DNA from: Candidatus Latescibacterota bacterium
GTDB taxonomy: Bacteria; Latescibacterota; UBA2968
Assembly: GCA_965207885.1 (NCBI GenBank)
Contig: OZ242311.1
Coordinates: 2,464,001-2,528,000 of the forward strand
Reading direction: 5' to 3'
Length of the DNA: 64,000 bases
Positions 7,533 through 17,904 of the stretch are shown here, one piece after another. The translations under genes and the position numbers were made by a program. The notes under the pieces were generated by a model. It was not told where the DNA came from and made no database searches. It saw only the letters and a list, made by a program, of their open reading frames with translations. Every line of letters begins with the position of its first letter. The stretch's first letter is position 1.

Positions 7533-7991
7533 GTGCTGGATAATGACCTGACAGGCATGAAATTTGCGCTCGAAGAAGCCCGCGTGGCAGCGAGCGAGCA
7601 GGAAGTGCCTATTGGCGCTGTTGTGATGCACAATGGTGAGGTAATCGCACGAGATCACAATCGCATTGTCCAACTTAATGATCCCACTGCGCATGCCGAA
7701 ATGCTCGTTATTGGGCAGGCGACAAAAAAGTTGGGCGTTCGGTGGCTAAATAACTGCACACTTTACGCAACGCTGGAGCCCTGTGCGATGTGTGCAGGGG
7801 CTATGGTGCTTGCCCGATTGTCCCGGTTGGTTTTTGGGGCTTGTGATCCCAAAACCGGGGCTTGTGGATCCCTGAGAAATATTGTGGAAGATACACGTCT
7901 GAATCATCGCCTATATGTGCGCCGAGGCGTTTTAGAAGATGCGTGTGGTCAGGTGTTGCGGGCGTTTTTTCAAACTTTGCGCGAAAAATAA
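7533..7991 (+). CDS. tadA: tRNA adenosine(34) deaminase
   Basis: EVPIGAV, PTAHAE, TLEPCAMCAGA. Confidence 0.93.
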   Translation: MLDNDLTGMKFALEEARVAASEQEVPIGAVVMHNGEVIARDHNRIVQLNDPTAHAEMLVIGQATKKLGVRWLNNCTLYATLEPCAMCAGAMVLARLSRLVFGACDPKTGACGSLRNIVEDTRLNHRLYVRRGVLEDACGQVLRAFFQTLREK

Positions 7992-7997
7992 ATATTC

Positions 7998-8087
<90 letters not shown>

Positions 8088-8152
8088 AAAAACAAGCGCT
8101 CAGTCTTTGGCGGTGTATGAGGAAGCCATAGCTGACCGCTTACAGCTATATC

Positions 8153-8242
<90 letters not shown>

Positions 8243-8261
8243 AAAATATCACGAGGTTGTT

Positions 8262-8633
8262 ATGCCGCATCCGATTCGCATTACAGTTGGCGATATTGAA
8301 CTCGACGCCGAGTTAAACGATTCGCAAACAGCAGACAAAGTTCGCGAGGTTTTGCCACTGGATTGTTCGTTTAATACCTGGGGCGATGAGATTTACTTTG
8401 CAATCCCCGTTGAAGCGGGTCCCGAAGATGCATGTGAAACTGTGGCGTTAAACGACCTCGGATATTGGCCGCCGGGTCATGCATTTTGCATTTTTTACGG
8501 TCAGACCCCGGCCAGTCATGGAGATGAAATTCGTCCGGCAAGTCCCGTCAATATTATCGGACGGGTGCTGGGCGATGCCACGGTGCTCAAGTCTGTTTCG
8601 GGAGTGCGAAATATCGTGGTTGAAGCCGTTTAG
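8262..8633 (+). CDS. Cyclophilin-like fold protein (DUF369-like)
   Basis: NTWGDEIYF, GYWPPGHAFCIFYGQTP, EIRPASPVNIIG. Confidence 0.85.
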   Translation: MPHPIRITVGDIELDAELNDSQTADKVREVLPLDCSFNTWGDEIYFAIPVEAGPEDACETVALNDLGYWPPGHAFCIFYGQTPASHGDEIRPASPVNIIGRVLGDATVLKSVSGVRNIVVEAV

Positions 8634-8634
8634 G

Positions 8635-8711
<77 letters not shown>

Positions 8712-8766
8712 AAATATATTGTTAAGAGGCGAGAGGTGAGATACCTCTTGTATCTCACTGTTTTCA

Positions 8767-9039
8767 GGTCGTGCTAGACGGGGAGATAGCGGTGCCCTGT
8801 AGCCCGCAATCCGCTATAGCGGGGTCGAATTCCACGTCTGAGAACCGGTATTTTGGATCGCGGTCGATGAGTAGGCAGCGTTGATCGTCAGGTCCTGCGC
8901 AACGTGCCTATGCCGAACCCCGTCAGGACCGGAAGGTAGCAGCGGTAAGCAAATCGGTGCGTGTGCCGCAGGGGCACCTGGCAGGAGCCAGCGCTCGTTG
9001 AACGCCCCGGGGTAGCGGTTCGAAGCGCGGTGCACGGCC
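8767..9039 (+). ncRNA. ffs: Large (Alu-domain-containing) bacterial SRP RNA
   Basis: 5' GTGCTAGACGGGGAG..AGCGGTGCCCTGTA..CGCAATCCGCTATAGCGGGG; domain IV TCAGGACCGGAAGGTAGCAGC; ends pair GGTCGTGC/GCACGGCC before a U-run; upstream of dnaX. Confidence 0.93.
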
Positions 9040-9087
9040 TTTTTTTCAAGTTGGGGGCTGGGGTTGGAGAGGCCCTTTGGAGTTTTT

Positions 9088-10809
9088 ATGTCTTACACGG
9101 TAATGGCCCGAAAGCGGAGGCCACAGGCATTTGAAACAGTGGTTGCACAAAGCCATGTGACCACCACATTGCAAAACGCCATTCGGCTGGGGCGCGTGGC
9201 GCAGTCTTACCTGTTTTCCGGGCCGCGAGGAACGGGTAAGACCACTACGGCGCGATTGCTCGCCATGGCACTCAATTGCGAGCAGGGGCCAACGGCTGAA
9301 CCGTGTGGGGAATGTGCTTCGTGTGTTGCCATACGCCAGGGCAACAGCATGGATGTGCTGGAGATTGACGGGGCTTCGAACCGCGGGATTGATGAAATCA
9401 GGCAATTGCGCGAAGAGGTGGGGTATGCGGCTTCGCAAGGCAAGCGCAAGGTTTATATCATCGACGAAGTACACATGCTCACGACTGAGGCTTTTAATGC
9501 CTTGCTCAAAACACTCGAAGAACCGCCAGCGCATGTTGTTTTTGTATTTGCAACTACCGAAGCTCACAAAGTGCCTGAAACCATTTTGTCGCGGTGCCAG
9601 CGCTACAATTTTCGGCGCATTCCGCCCGTGTCAATTGTGGAAGAGCTCAAAATGGCTGTAGATGAAGAAGGCGTAACAGCAGAAGAATCCGCTCTGTTTT
9701 TGATCGCGCGAAAAGCCGATGGGGGCATGCGCGATGCCCTGAGTTTGCTGGATCAGGTCATTGCATTCTCAGATGCAGATATTACGGAAGATGCCATACA
9801 AAATTTACTGGGTTTGATTCCTCGAGATGTGTATTTTGACCTGACGCAGGCCATTGTGGATCGGGATGGTGCCCGCGCTTTGGAGATTGTTGACGAACTG
9901 GCACGCGAAGGCAGTGATCTGGGTGAATTTGTGGCGGGGTTGATGGCGCATTTTCGACATTTGCTCGTTGCCTGTGCCGCGGGAGATTTAACAGATGAGA
10001 ATTTGCCAGAAGCTGACCGCGTGCAGTATGCAGAGGTCGCCGCGCAATTCGAAGAGGCAGATCTCGTGCGCATGCTCAACGCTGTGAGTGAACTCGAAAC
10101 GCAGATCGGTCGGGTGACCGAGCCTCGATTCTGGCTCGAATTGACGGTTATGAAGCTGGTGCAGATGACGTCAAGTGTAGATTTACAGGTTTTGATTGGT
10201 CGATTAGAACAACTCGAGCGGGGGTTAAAAAGTCAGGGGACGGCTACTGGAACGCGGCGGCCTTTGTCCAGCCCTCGACCTGCACCAAAGCGGAAAGCGA
10301 CATCATCCCAACCAGACACGCGCGTTAGGGGAGAGAAGTTACCACCGCGGCCAACGGCTTCCAAATCTTCACCGCCGCAACAGAGGGACAATGGTCGGCC
10401 CGTGGCAGAACAGCCACGAGAAGAAATACCGCCAGTGCCAGATATATCCTCAGAAGAGCCGCCAGACTTTTCTGTTATAAAAGATAAGTGGGAACAACTC
10501 GTACAGGCGGTGAAGAATGAGAGAATGTCTTTGGGCACATTTTTGGCCGAAGGCCGTCCACAATCGATGGATGGGCGACATCTGGTGGTGGCTTTTCAAA
10601 AGAACCTCGAATTTCACGCCAATCAGGTGCGACGCGGACGCGCTCAGGTAGAAGAAGTTGCACGCGGTGTTTTTGGTGGTACAGTCACCATTTCGTGTGA
10701 GGTTGTTTACGAGGAGAATAAAGAGCAAATAGTTGAGGAGAAGAGTGCAGAAGAAGATGAGCGCGTGCAGATGGTGATGCAGGTGTTTAGTGGGGAAGTG
10801 ATCAGATAG
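9088..10809 (+). CDS. dnaX: DNA polymerase III subunit gamma/tau
   Basis: GPRGTGKTT, zinc Cys motif, IIDEVHML, SRC motif. Confidence 0.96.
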   Translation: MSYTVMARKRRPQAFETVVAQSHVTTTLQNAIRLGRVAQSYLFSGPRGTGKTTTARLLAMALNCEQGPTAEPCGECASCVAIRQGNSMDVLEIDGASNRGIDEIRQLREEVGYAASQGKRKVYIIDEVHMLTTEAFNALLKTLEEPPAHVVFVFATTEAHKVPETILSRCQRYNFRRIPPVSIVEELKMAVDEEGVTAEESALFLIARKADGGMRDALSLLDQVIAFSDADITEDAIQNLLGLIPRDVYFDLTQAIVDRDGARALEIVDELAREGSDLGEFVAGLMAHFRHLLVACAAGDLTDENLPEADRVQYAEVAAQFEEADLVRMLNAVSELETQIGRVTEPRFWLELTVMKLVQMTSSVDLQVLIGRLEQLERGLKSQGTATGTRRPLSSPRPAPKRKATSSQPDTRVRGEKLPPRPTASKSSPPQQRDNGRPVAEQPREEIPPVPDISSEEPPDFSVIKDKWEQLVQAVKNERMSLGTFLAEGRPQSMDGRHLVVAFQKNLEFHANQVRRGRAQVEEVARGVFGGTVTISCEVVYEENKEQIVEEKSAEEDERVQMVMQVFSGEVIR

Positions 10810-10852
10810 GGATTGCTGCGTTGGGAACATTGCTTTTTGAAGGAGTTAAAGT

Positions 10853-11179
10853 ATGGCAAAAGGTATGGGTGCGATGATGAGGCAGGCTCAAAAGTTGCAA
10901 GCCAAGCTGGCCAGGGTGCAAGAAGAACTGGGTGCAAAAGAGGTAGAGGCAACATCGGGTGGGGGTATGGTGACAGTAAGGGCCAGTGGGCATCAAGATA
11001 TTTTGTCGATAAAAATTGATCCCGAAGTCGTCGATCCCGAAGATGTGGAAATGCTGGAAGACCTCGTGCTGGCGGCGGTTCAGCAAGCGCGTCAAAAAGC
11101 TGCGGACATGGCCGAGGCAGAGATGCAGAAAGCCACAGCGGGCCTCATTCCGCCCGGCATGAATATGCCGGGGTTCTGA
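10853..11179 (+). CDS. ybaB: YbaB/EbfC nucleoid-associated protein
   Basis: SGGGMVTV, DVEMLEDLVLAA; dnaX-ybaB-recR synteny. Confidence 0.95.
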   Translation: MAKGMGAMMRQAQKLQAKLARVQEELGAKEVEATSGGGMVTVRASGHQDILSIKIDPEVVDPEDVEMLEDLVLAAVQQARQKAADMAEAEMQKATAGLIPPGMNMPGF

Positions 11180-11224
11180 GATTGTAAACGCAAAGTCATC
11201 GCGCTGTAGTTTTTGGAGTTTTCC

Positions 11225-11818
11225 ATGGCATCAGAGGCCATTGAAAAATTGATTGTCGCTTTGAATCGATTGCCCGGTATCGGCGCTAAAACAGCACGGC
11301 GTCTCGCGCTGGAGATGTTGACATGGGATACGGAGGAGGTGCGCGGACTCGCCGATTTGATGGTGGATGTCAAGACCCGTGTGCGGCGGTGCTCAATTTG
11401 TTTTAATTTGACTGAGGCTGAGCCGTGTTCTGTGTGCAGCGATACACGCCGAGATCGTTCCAGTGTGATGGTGATTGATTTTATTGGCGATCTTTTGGCA
11501 TTTGAGCGCACCGGGCTTTATCGAGGGCTTTATCACGTACTGGATGGGCGAATTTCGCCCCTGGATGGTATTGGTCCAGAAGACTTGAATATTTCCCAAT
11601 TGCTCCAACGCTTGCGCCAGGGGGAAATTCGAGAAGTAATCCTCGCCAACGGTCCAACCGTAGAGGGAGATGCCACGGCACAATATCTGTCTCAGTGTTT
11701 GGCTCCGTTTGAAGTATCTGTCACACAAATTGCGCGCGGTTTGCCGGTGGGCAGTGATCTCGCCCTGGCAGATCAAGTGACATTGTCTCGCGCGCTGGAA
11801 GGCCGTCGGGAGTATTAA
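11225..11818 (+). CDS. recR: Recombination mediator RecR
   Basis: LPGIGAKTARRLA, C4 zinc finger, Toprim domain. Confidence 0.96.
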   Translation: MASEAIEKLIVALNRLPGIGAKTARRLALEMLTWDTEEVRGLADLMVDVKTRVRRCSICFNLTEAEPCSVCSDTRRDRSSVMVIDFIGDLLAFERTGLYRGLYHVLDGRISPLDGIGPEDLNISQLLQRLRQGEIREVILANGPTVEGDATAQYLSQCLAPFEVSVTQIARGLPVGSDLALADQVTLSRALEGRREY

Positions 11819-12460
11819 ATGCCCCAGGTAAATACCATAGAATCGAATCGCATGACGATGCCTGAGCCGCGTACCCCAAATCGGTTGTGGACAGTGCCCA
11901 ATGTCTTAACTGTGTCGCGTCTGCTGCTTACGCCAGTGTTTTTGCTGTTGATTTTTGCCGCCAACTGGTATTTCAAAATCCTCGCGTTGCTCGTCTTCAC
12001 TGTGGCCTCGTTGACTGATTTCTACGATGGGCGCATTGCGCGGCGCGATGGTACAGTGACCAACTTTGGTCGCTTTATGGATCCGCTGGCCGATAAGTTG
12101 CTGGTATCTGCAGCGTTGATTGCTTTTGTGCGTTTGGGCATGGTTGAAGCATGGCTTATCGGGGCGATGCTCGCGCGCGATGTCGTGATTACGGGATTGC
12201 GCATTTTTGCGATTCGACGAGGCAAACCCGTGGTGACCTCACAACTTGCCAAGTGGAAAACCATGCTGCAATTGGTGCTTGTTTTTGGCATTTTGGTCTT
12301 TATCAATGTGCGCGTGGTCGAAGCCGAGTTAGCCGCCCAACCAATTGTACTCGTAGGCGATATTTCTTATTGGGTTTTGAATGTCCTGGTGGCTGTTGTG
12401 ACCCTCGTTGCTGTTGTTTCAGGCGTTCGGTATTTAATTGAAAATCGCAAGACATTTTAA
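11819..12460 (+). CDS. pgsA: CDP-diacylglycerol--glycerol-3-phosphate 3-phosphatidyltransferase
   Basis: PNVLTVSR and TDFYDGRIARR...FGRFMDPLADK motif. Confidence 0.92.
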   Translation: MPQVNTIESNRMTMPEPRTPNRLWTVPNVLTVSRLLLTPVFLLLIFAANWYFKILALLVFTVASLTDFYDGRIARRDGTVTNFGRFMDPLADKLLVSAALIAFVRLGMVEAWLIGAMLARDVVITGLRIFAIRRGKPVVTSQLAKWKTMLQLVLVFGILVFINVRVVEAELAAQPIVLVGDISYWVLNVLVAVVTLVAVVSGVRYLIENRKTF

Positions 12461-12487
12461 GGCGAGCGAATAGCTGCACCTATAGTT

Positions 12488-12961
12488 ATGACAGATTTTC
12501 GGCCTCCTGAGCCATCGTTTTTTGTCCGGTTGATAGCAACCGGCTTTTTTTCTGGCTATTCGGTTTTTGCCCCGGGAACAGCCGGATCAGGCGTGGCATT
12601 GGCGATTTATTGTCTGTTGCCACCACTGAATTGGTGGTCGTGGGGGGGGCTGCTGATCGGGTTGTTTTTCGTGGGGGTTTACACATCCGGGGCATGCGAA
12701 AAAGCCTGGGGTAAAGATCCCAAATATGTGGTGATCGACGAGTTTGTCGGATTTTTTGTGACAGTAAGTCTGCTTCCGCAGTCGGTGTTGGTGGGTATAG
12801 TTGGCTTTGTCGTGTTTCGCATACTGGATATTATTAAGCCACCGCCCGCCCGACAGGTCGAGGCGTTGCCAGGTGGGTGGGGTATTGTGGCCGACGATGT
12901 GATTGCGGGAATTTATGGACAGATGATACTATGGCTGGCATTCGCACCTTTATCGCTTTAG
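12488..12961 (+). CDS. pgpA: Phosphatidylglycerophosphatase A
   Basis: APGTAGS, KDPKYVVIDE, FRILDIIKP, GIVADDVIAG. Confidence 0.93.
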   Translation: MTDFRPPEPSFFVRLIATGFFSGYSVFAPGTAGSGVALAIYCLLPPLNWWSWGGLLIGLFFVGVYTSGACEKAWGKDPKYVVIDEFVGFFVTVSLLPQSVLVGIVGFVVFRILDIIKPPPARQVEALPGGWGIVADDVIAGIYGQMILWLAFAPLSL

Positions 12962-13527
12962 AAATGCCCGTTGCTGTTAAACGGCAAGTCGTTTTTGTGG
13001 CGCGTCACTTGAGCCATTTGGGCCAGATGCGCTGGGTAAGATCTGAGGGCGTACACCTCACCCTCAAATTTTTAGGTGATGTGGAAGAAAATCGCGTTGC
13101 GGATATTGTTTCAGCCGTGCAGCAGGTCGCTTCCAAATTTCAACCCTTCGCGTTGTCAACTGCGGGATTGGGTGGTTTTCCGCGTCTTGAAAGTGCACGG
13201 GTGTTGTGGTTGGGCGTTGAAGGCGACCTGGAACAGCTAAGGATATTGCAAGGTCGGATTGCGCAGAAGCTCGAAGACCTGGGATTTGAGCGGGAGCGAC
13301 GTCCATTTTTTGCTCATGTGACGGTGGGTAGAGCGCGGCGTAAGCCGGTTCGCGCGATAGCTGAAAATGCAACAAAGTGGCGTGCGGTAAATTTTTCAGT
13401 TGATCGCGTCTCGGTGATGAAAAGCACATTGCGTCCCGAAGGTGCTGTGTACACGCCTTTGGGATACGGGATGTTCGAGGGCAGAGGGAGCGAATATCCC
13501 GGTTCAGATCGCCAAATTGTTTCTTGA
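12931..13527 (+). CDS. thpR: RNA 2',3'-cyclic phosphodiesterase (2H phosphoesterase)
   Basis: IRTFIAL, HLTLKFLG and HVTVGR motifs. Confidence 0.9.
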   Translation: MAGIRTFIALEMPVAVKRQVVFVARHLSHLGQMRWVRSEGVHLTLKFLGDVEENRVADIVSAVQQVASKFQPFALSTAGLGGFPRLESARVLWLGVEGDLEQLRILQGRIAQKLEDLGFERERRPFFAHVTVGRARRKPVRAIAENATKWRAVNFSVDRVSVMKSTLRPEGAVYTPLGYGMFEGRGSEYPGSDRQIVS

Positions 13528-13552
13528 CGTATATACAAATGTTCACTATACT
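13524..13552 (+). promoter_or_regulatory. recA promoter TTGACG-N17-TATACT with a possible LexA box in the spacer
   Basis: -35 at 13524-13529, -10 at 13547-13552; ATAC-AAAT-GTTC at 13533-13544. Confidence 0.65.
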
Positions 13553-13620
13553 TGTGGCACATTGTGCGGTGCAGAATACGAGAGGGGCTGCGCCGTGATC
13601 CCAAACCTTTTGAAGGAGAG

Positions 13621-14688
13621 ATGCAGATGGCCAAACGCAATAGTAAAGGTGCGCAACAAATGGATGGCAAGCAGCAAGCAATAGACAACGCTATTGCCCA
13701 AATCGAAAAGCAATTTGGACAGGGGGCAATTATGCGCCTGGGAGGCGAGGATGGGCAACCCCTGGTAACAGAGATTATTCCAACGGGTTCTCTAAGCCTG
13801 GATGTCGCGTTGGGCGCTGGTGGTGTCCCCCAGGGAAGAGTGGTTGAAATATTTGGTCCTGAAGGATCGGGCAAGACGACCTTGATTTTGCACATTATTG
13901 CCGAGGCGCAAAAGCGCGGTGGGGCAGCGGCGTTTGTCGATGCAGAACACGCATTGAATGTGGAATTGGCCGAGCGTCTGGGCGTAGATATCGAAAATTT
14001 ATTGATCGCTCAGCCCGATACGGGTGAAGAAGCACTCGAAATTACGGATACCCTCGTGCGCAGTGGTGCCTTTGAGGTCGTGGCTTTAGACTCTGTGGCT
14101 GCTCTGGTGCCGCGTGCCGAACTCGAAGGTGAGATGGGTGATTCTCACATGGGCCTGCACGCTCGTTTGATGTCTCAAGCTCTGCGCAAACTCGTCGGAT
14201 CAATCAGCCAGTCTAAAACCTGTGTGATCTTTGCCAATCAGATTCGCATGAAGATCGGCGTGATGTTTGGCAATCCCGAAACGACTACCGGGGGCCGCGC
14301 GCTTCCGTTTTACGCAACGGTGCGTATGGATATTCGGCGCATTGGTTCTATTAAGGACGGGCAGGAGATTGTTGGCAATCGCGTTCGGATTCGCGTGGTA
14401 AAAAACAAGATGGCACCGCCTTTTAAGGAATGTGAAGTCGATCTGATGTTTGGCGAGGGCATTTCCAGAGAGGGCAGTTTGATCGATATGGCCGAATTGC
14501 ACGGGATTATCAAGAAGAGCGGTACCTGGTTCTCTTATGGGGATGATCGGCTTGGGCAAGGACGCGAAAATGTCAAGCGCCATCTGAAAGAGAACACGGA
14601 TTTGTCTGCAAAAATCGAACGCGAGGTGCGCGAGATCGTGGGCCTTCCCGTCGATAAGGCGTTTGAACTCGGGGAAGAACCCGCCTAA
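13621..14688 (+). CDS. recA: Recombinase RecA
   Basis: [26 protein letters not shown]. Confidence 0.98.
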   Translation: MQMAKRNSKGAQQMDGKQQAIDNAIAQIEKQFGQGAIMRLGGEDGQPLVTEIIPTGSLSLDVALGAGGVPQGRVVEIFGPEGSGKTTLILHIIAEAQKRGGAAAFVDAEHALNVELAERLGVDIENLLIAQPDTGEEALEITDTLVRSGAFEVVALDSVAALVPRAELEGEMGDSHMGLHARLMSQALRKLVGSISQSKTCVIFANQIRMKIGVMFGNPETTTGGRALPFYATVRMDIRRIGSIKDGQEIVGNRVRIRVVKNKMAPPFKECEVDLMFGEGISREGSLIDMAELHGIIKKSGTWFSYGDDRLGQGRENVKRHLKENTDLSAKIEREVREIVGLPVDKAFELGEEPA

Positions 14689-14832
14689 GTATGTTGTTGA
14701 CATCTCAATTTTCTCTAATTTAATTTGTTAAATGATGTTACGTATAGTCAAAAGACTGGGAATCTTATCGAGAGTGCTGGTGATAATTCCATTTTTTTTA
14801 TTTTCCCAGGTCATCAGAGAATTTGAGAAAGG

Positions 14833-17799
14833 ATGTCGCAAATGTTTTTGAACAAAGGAATAGCGTTTATCGCTGCCCTTGTGTTGCTGCTCTGCGTGGG
14901 GCAAGCCTCTGCTGCTTCCAATGCGAATAATGCTGCGGCTACTGTTGCGCAGTCTGCAGATGCGGATCTCAACGGCGATGGGATGGTTGGTTTTGCTGAT
15001 TTTTTGATCTTTGCAGGCATGTTTGGGGCAAATCAAGGCGATGATAGGTATGACGCTCGAGCCGATCTGGATGGGGATGGTGCGATAGGTTTTGGCGATT
15101 TTTTGATCTTTGCCAATGCCTTTGGCACATCCGGCTCTGGCGGCGGTGGTAGCCCTGATCTCATTGTTATAGCGCCTTCGGTAAGCGACACCCTGCTGAC
15201 GCCTGGGCAGATGTTCACGCTGAATGTGACAGTGCGCAACCATGGGAATGCACAAGCCGCTGAGACGACGCTGACGTATTACCTCTCGACCGACGCGGCG
15301 ATATCGACGAGTGATACGGAGGTTGGCACGGATGCGGTGGGTGGCCTTGCCGCTTCTGGAACCAGTGATAAATCGATCGGTTTGAATGCCCCATCGAGTG
15401 CTGGCATGTACTATTACGGTGCCTGTGTGGCGAGTGTCAGTGGTGAGAGCAATGCGGATAACAACTGCTCAGGTGGGGTGCGCGTCACGGTCAGCGATGG
15501 TGGAGAGGGTGGTCAAGGCAGTGAGACGTCCTTTGATCTGGATAACAACAGCAATCCGCAGGATATCCTCTATGCCAATGACCGATTCTATGTGCTTGAT
15601 CGGGAGGATGCAAGGGTCTATGGTTACGAGAGTGACGGTCAGCGCGATTCGGGAGTAAGCTTCCGTCTGAATAGCAGTTCTCCGTCGAGTATCACCTATG
15701 CCAACGACCGGTTCTATGTGGTTGATGAAGAGGATGATAAGGTCTATGGGTATGGGAGTGATGGTCAGCGCGATGCGGCAGCAGACTTCGATCTTGGTAT
15801 CAGTGATCCGAGAGGGATCACCTTTGCTAATGACCGATTCTATGTGGTCAATGACGGGGATGATAAGGTTTATGGGTATGGGAGTGATGGTCAGCGCGAT
15901 TCGGATGCAGACTTTGATCTGGGTATCAGCGATCCGAGAGGGATCACCTTTGCCAATGACCGATTCTATGTGGTCAATGACGGGGATGATAGGATCTATG
16001 TGTACACGAATTCTGGTCAGCGCGATGCGGCTGCAGGCTTCCGTTTGTTTACCGGTGATCCGAGGGGTATCACCTTTGCCAATAACCGATTCTATGTGGT
16101 TGATTTCTGGAATGATAAAGTCTATGGACACGGGAGTGACGGGCGGCGTGATACGGGTGCGGACTTCGATCTGCATAGCAACAATTCTCCACAGGCTGTC
16201 ACCTATGCCAACAACCGATTCTATGTGCTCGACGTTGATGATGGAAAGATCTATGGGTATGGGAATGATGGTCAGCGCGATGCGGCTGCAGACTTCGATC
16301 TGGCTAATAGTGATCCGTTTAGTATTACCTATGCCAACGACCGATTCTATGTGCTTGATCCCTCGGATGTAAAGGTCTATGCGTACACGAGTTCTGGTCA
16401 GCGTGTTGAGGATGCAGACTTCGATCTGGCTGGCAACAACAATGATCCGTCGGGTATCACCTATGCCAACGACCAATTCTATGTGCCTGATGCCGAAGAT
16501 GAAAAGGTTTATGTGTACACGATTGCTGGTCAGCGTGTTGCGATTGCAGATTTCGATCTGGCTAATACTTCTCCGTCGGGTATCGCCTATTTCGACAATC
16601 TATTCTATGTGGTTGATGCCGCAGATGAAAAGGTTTATGTGTACACGGGTGCTGGTCAGCGTGTTGGGGCTGCGGACTTTGATGTGGCTATTAGTGATCC
16701 GAGAGGTATCGTCTATGCCAACGATCAATTCTATGTGCTTGAAGTGGAAGGTGCAAAGGTTCATTGGTACGCGATTGCCGACCCCACTCCTGATCTAATT
16801 ATTGTATCACCGTCGGCGAGCAATGACAGCCCGAATACCGGCGAGTCCTTCAGTTTGAGCGTTGCGGTTCGCAACCAGGGTGCGGGTTCTTCGGCTGCGA
16901 CGTCCTTGCGCTACTACCTCTCGACCGATGATTCGATTACAACGAGTGATACAGAGGTTGGCACGGGTGCCATAGGCAATCTCACTGCGGGAGTCGCGAG
17001 TAACCAGTCAATTGACTTGAATGCGCCATCGAGTGTGGGGATATACTACTACGGCGCGTGTGTCCAAAGCGTCAGTGGAGAGAGCAATACCGATAACAAC
17101 TGCTCGAATGGGGTACGTGTCTCGACTGCAAACTTCGCTCTGGATGGCGAAAATACTGATCCGGAAGGTATCGTCTATGCCAATAACCGATTCTATGTGG
17201 TTGATGCCAGGGATGGAAAGGTCTATGCGTACACGAGTGCTGGTCAGCGCGATGCAGCAGCAGACTTTGCTCTGGATAGCAACAACACTGCGCCGGAAGG
17301 TATCACCTATGCCGACAACCGATTCTATGTGATTGATCGGGGAAATGTGTCTGATCGGGGAGATGAAAAGGTCTATGCGTACACGAGTGCTGGTCAGCGC
17401 GATGCGGCAGCAGACTTCACTCTGGATAGCGACAACAGTGCGCCAGCGACTATTACCTATGCCAACGACCGATTCTATGTGGCTGATTTTTCGACTGTAA
17501 AGGTCTATGCGTACACGGTTTCTGGTCAGCGTGTTGCGGATGCAGACTTCGATCTGGCTGAGGACAACATTGATCCGTTTGGTATTGCCTATGCCAATGA
17601 CCGATTCTATGTGGCTAATAACTCTGATAGCGAGACTAATAAGGTCTATGCGTACACAGTTTCTGGTCAGCGTGATGAGGATGCGGACTTCGATCTGGTC
17701 AGCAGTGATCCGTTTGGTATCATCTATGCCAGCGACCGATTCTATGTGGTTGATGGCGGGGATAATGCGGTCTATGCGTACACGAGTGCTGGACAATAA
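14833..17799 (+). CDS. Secreted repeat protein: signal peptide, dockerin/EF-hand-like pair, two CARDB-like Ig domains, 10+5 beta-propeller-type repeats
   Basis: ADLNGDGMVGFADFLIFA twice; PDLIV...NNCS twice; ~42-aa repeat DFDL..SDP.GITYANDRFYVVD..D.KVYAY...GQR. Confidence 0.8.
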   Translation: MSQMFLNKGIAFIAALVLLLCVGQASAASNANNAAATVAQSADADLNGDGMVGFADFLIFAGMFGANQGDDRYDARADLDGDGAIGFGDFLIFANAFGTSGSGGGGSPDLIVIAPSVSDTLLTPGQMFTLNVTVRNHGNAQAAETTLTYYLSTDAAISTSDTEVGTDAVGGLAASGTSDKSIGLNAPSSAGMYYYGACVASVSGESNADNNCSGGVRVTVSDGGEGGQGSETSFDLDNNSNPQDILYANDRFYVLDREDARVYGYESDGQRDSGVSFRLNSSSPSSITYANDRFYVVDEEDDKVYGYGSDGQRDAAADFDLGISDPRGITFANDRFYVVNDGDDKVYGYGSDGQRDSDADFDLGISDPRGITFANDRFYVVNDGDDRIYVYTNSGQRDAAAGFRLFTGDPRGITFANNRFYVVDFWNDKVYGHGSDGRRDTGADFDLHSNNSPQAVTYANNRFYVLDVDDGKIYGYGNDGQRDAAADFDLANSDPFSITYANDRFYVLDPSDVKVYAYTSSGQRVEDADFDLAGNNNDPSGITYANDQFYVPDAEDEKVYVYTIAGQRVAIADFDLANTSPSGIAYFDNLFYVVDAADEKVYVYTGAGQRVGAADFDVAISDPRGIVYANDQFYVLEVEGAKVHWYAIADPTPDLIIVSPSASNDSPNTGESFSLSVAVRNQGAGSSAATSLRYYLSTDDSITTSDTEVGTGAIGNLTAGVASNQSIDLNAPSSVGIYYYGACVQSVSGESNTDNNCSNGVRVSTANFALDGENTDPEGIVYANNRFYVVDARDGKVYAYTSAGQRDAAADFALDSNNTAPEGITYADNRFYVIDRGNVSDRGDEKVYAYTSAGQRDAAADFTLDSDNSAPATITYANDRFYVADFSTVKVYAYTVSGQRVADADFDLAEDNIDPFGIAYANDRFYVANNSDSETNKVYAYTVSGQRDEDADFDLVSSDPFGIIYASDRFYVVDGGDNAVYAYTSAGQ
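15530..16780 (+). repeat. Ten ~126-bp coding tandem repeats (five more at ~17130-17796)
   Basis: Near-identical units, e.g. 15781-15906 versus 15907 onward; recurring GACCGATTCTATGTG. Confidence 0.85.
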
Positions 17800-17904
17800 C
17801 GCACGGGGAACCTGAGAAAGAAATCGCATTTTAGGCTTTGACAACAGAGTGGGTTTGCCTATTTTAATACCTGCTCTGTTGTTCTTTTTTAGCGAGAAAT
17901 TGTC

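Noticed and set aside
10220-10240. Possible dnaX -1 frameshift site (TTAAAAAG)
   Set aside because: Only five As, read as TTA AAA AGT; it does not form the A AAA AAG heptamer
15469-16476. Long antisense ORFs (also 17008-17844, 41344-42387 and others)
   Set aside because: Shadow frames of well-supported genes, produced by repeat structure and codon bias
15530-17796. Repeats as a CRISPR array or a DGR template/variable repeat
   Set aside because: They are in-frame coding repeats without unique spacers; no cas or reverse transcriptase gene is present, and differences are not adenine-specific
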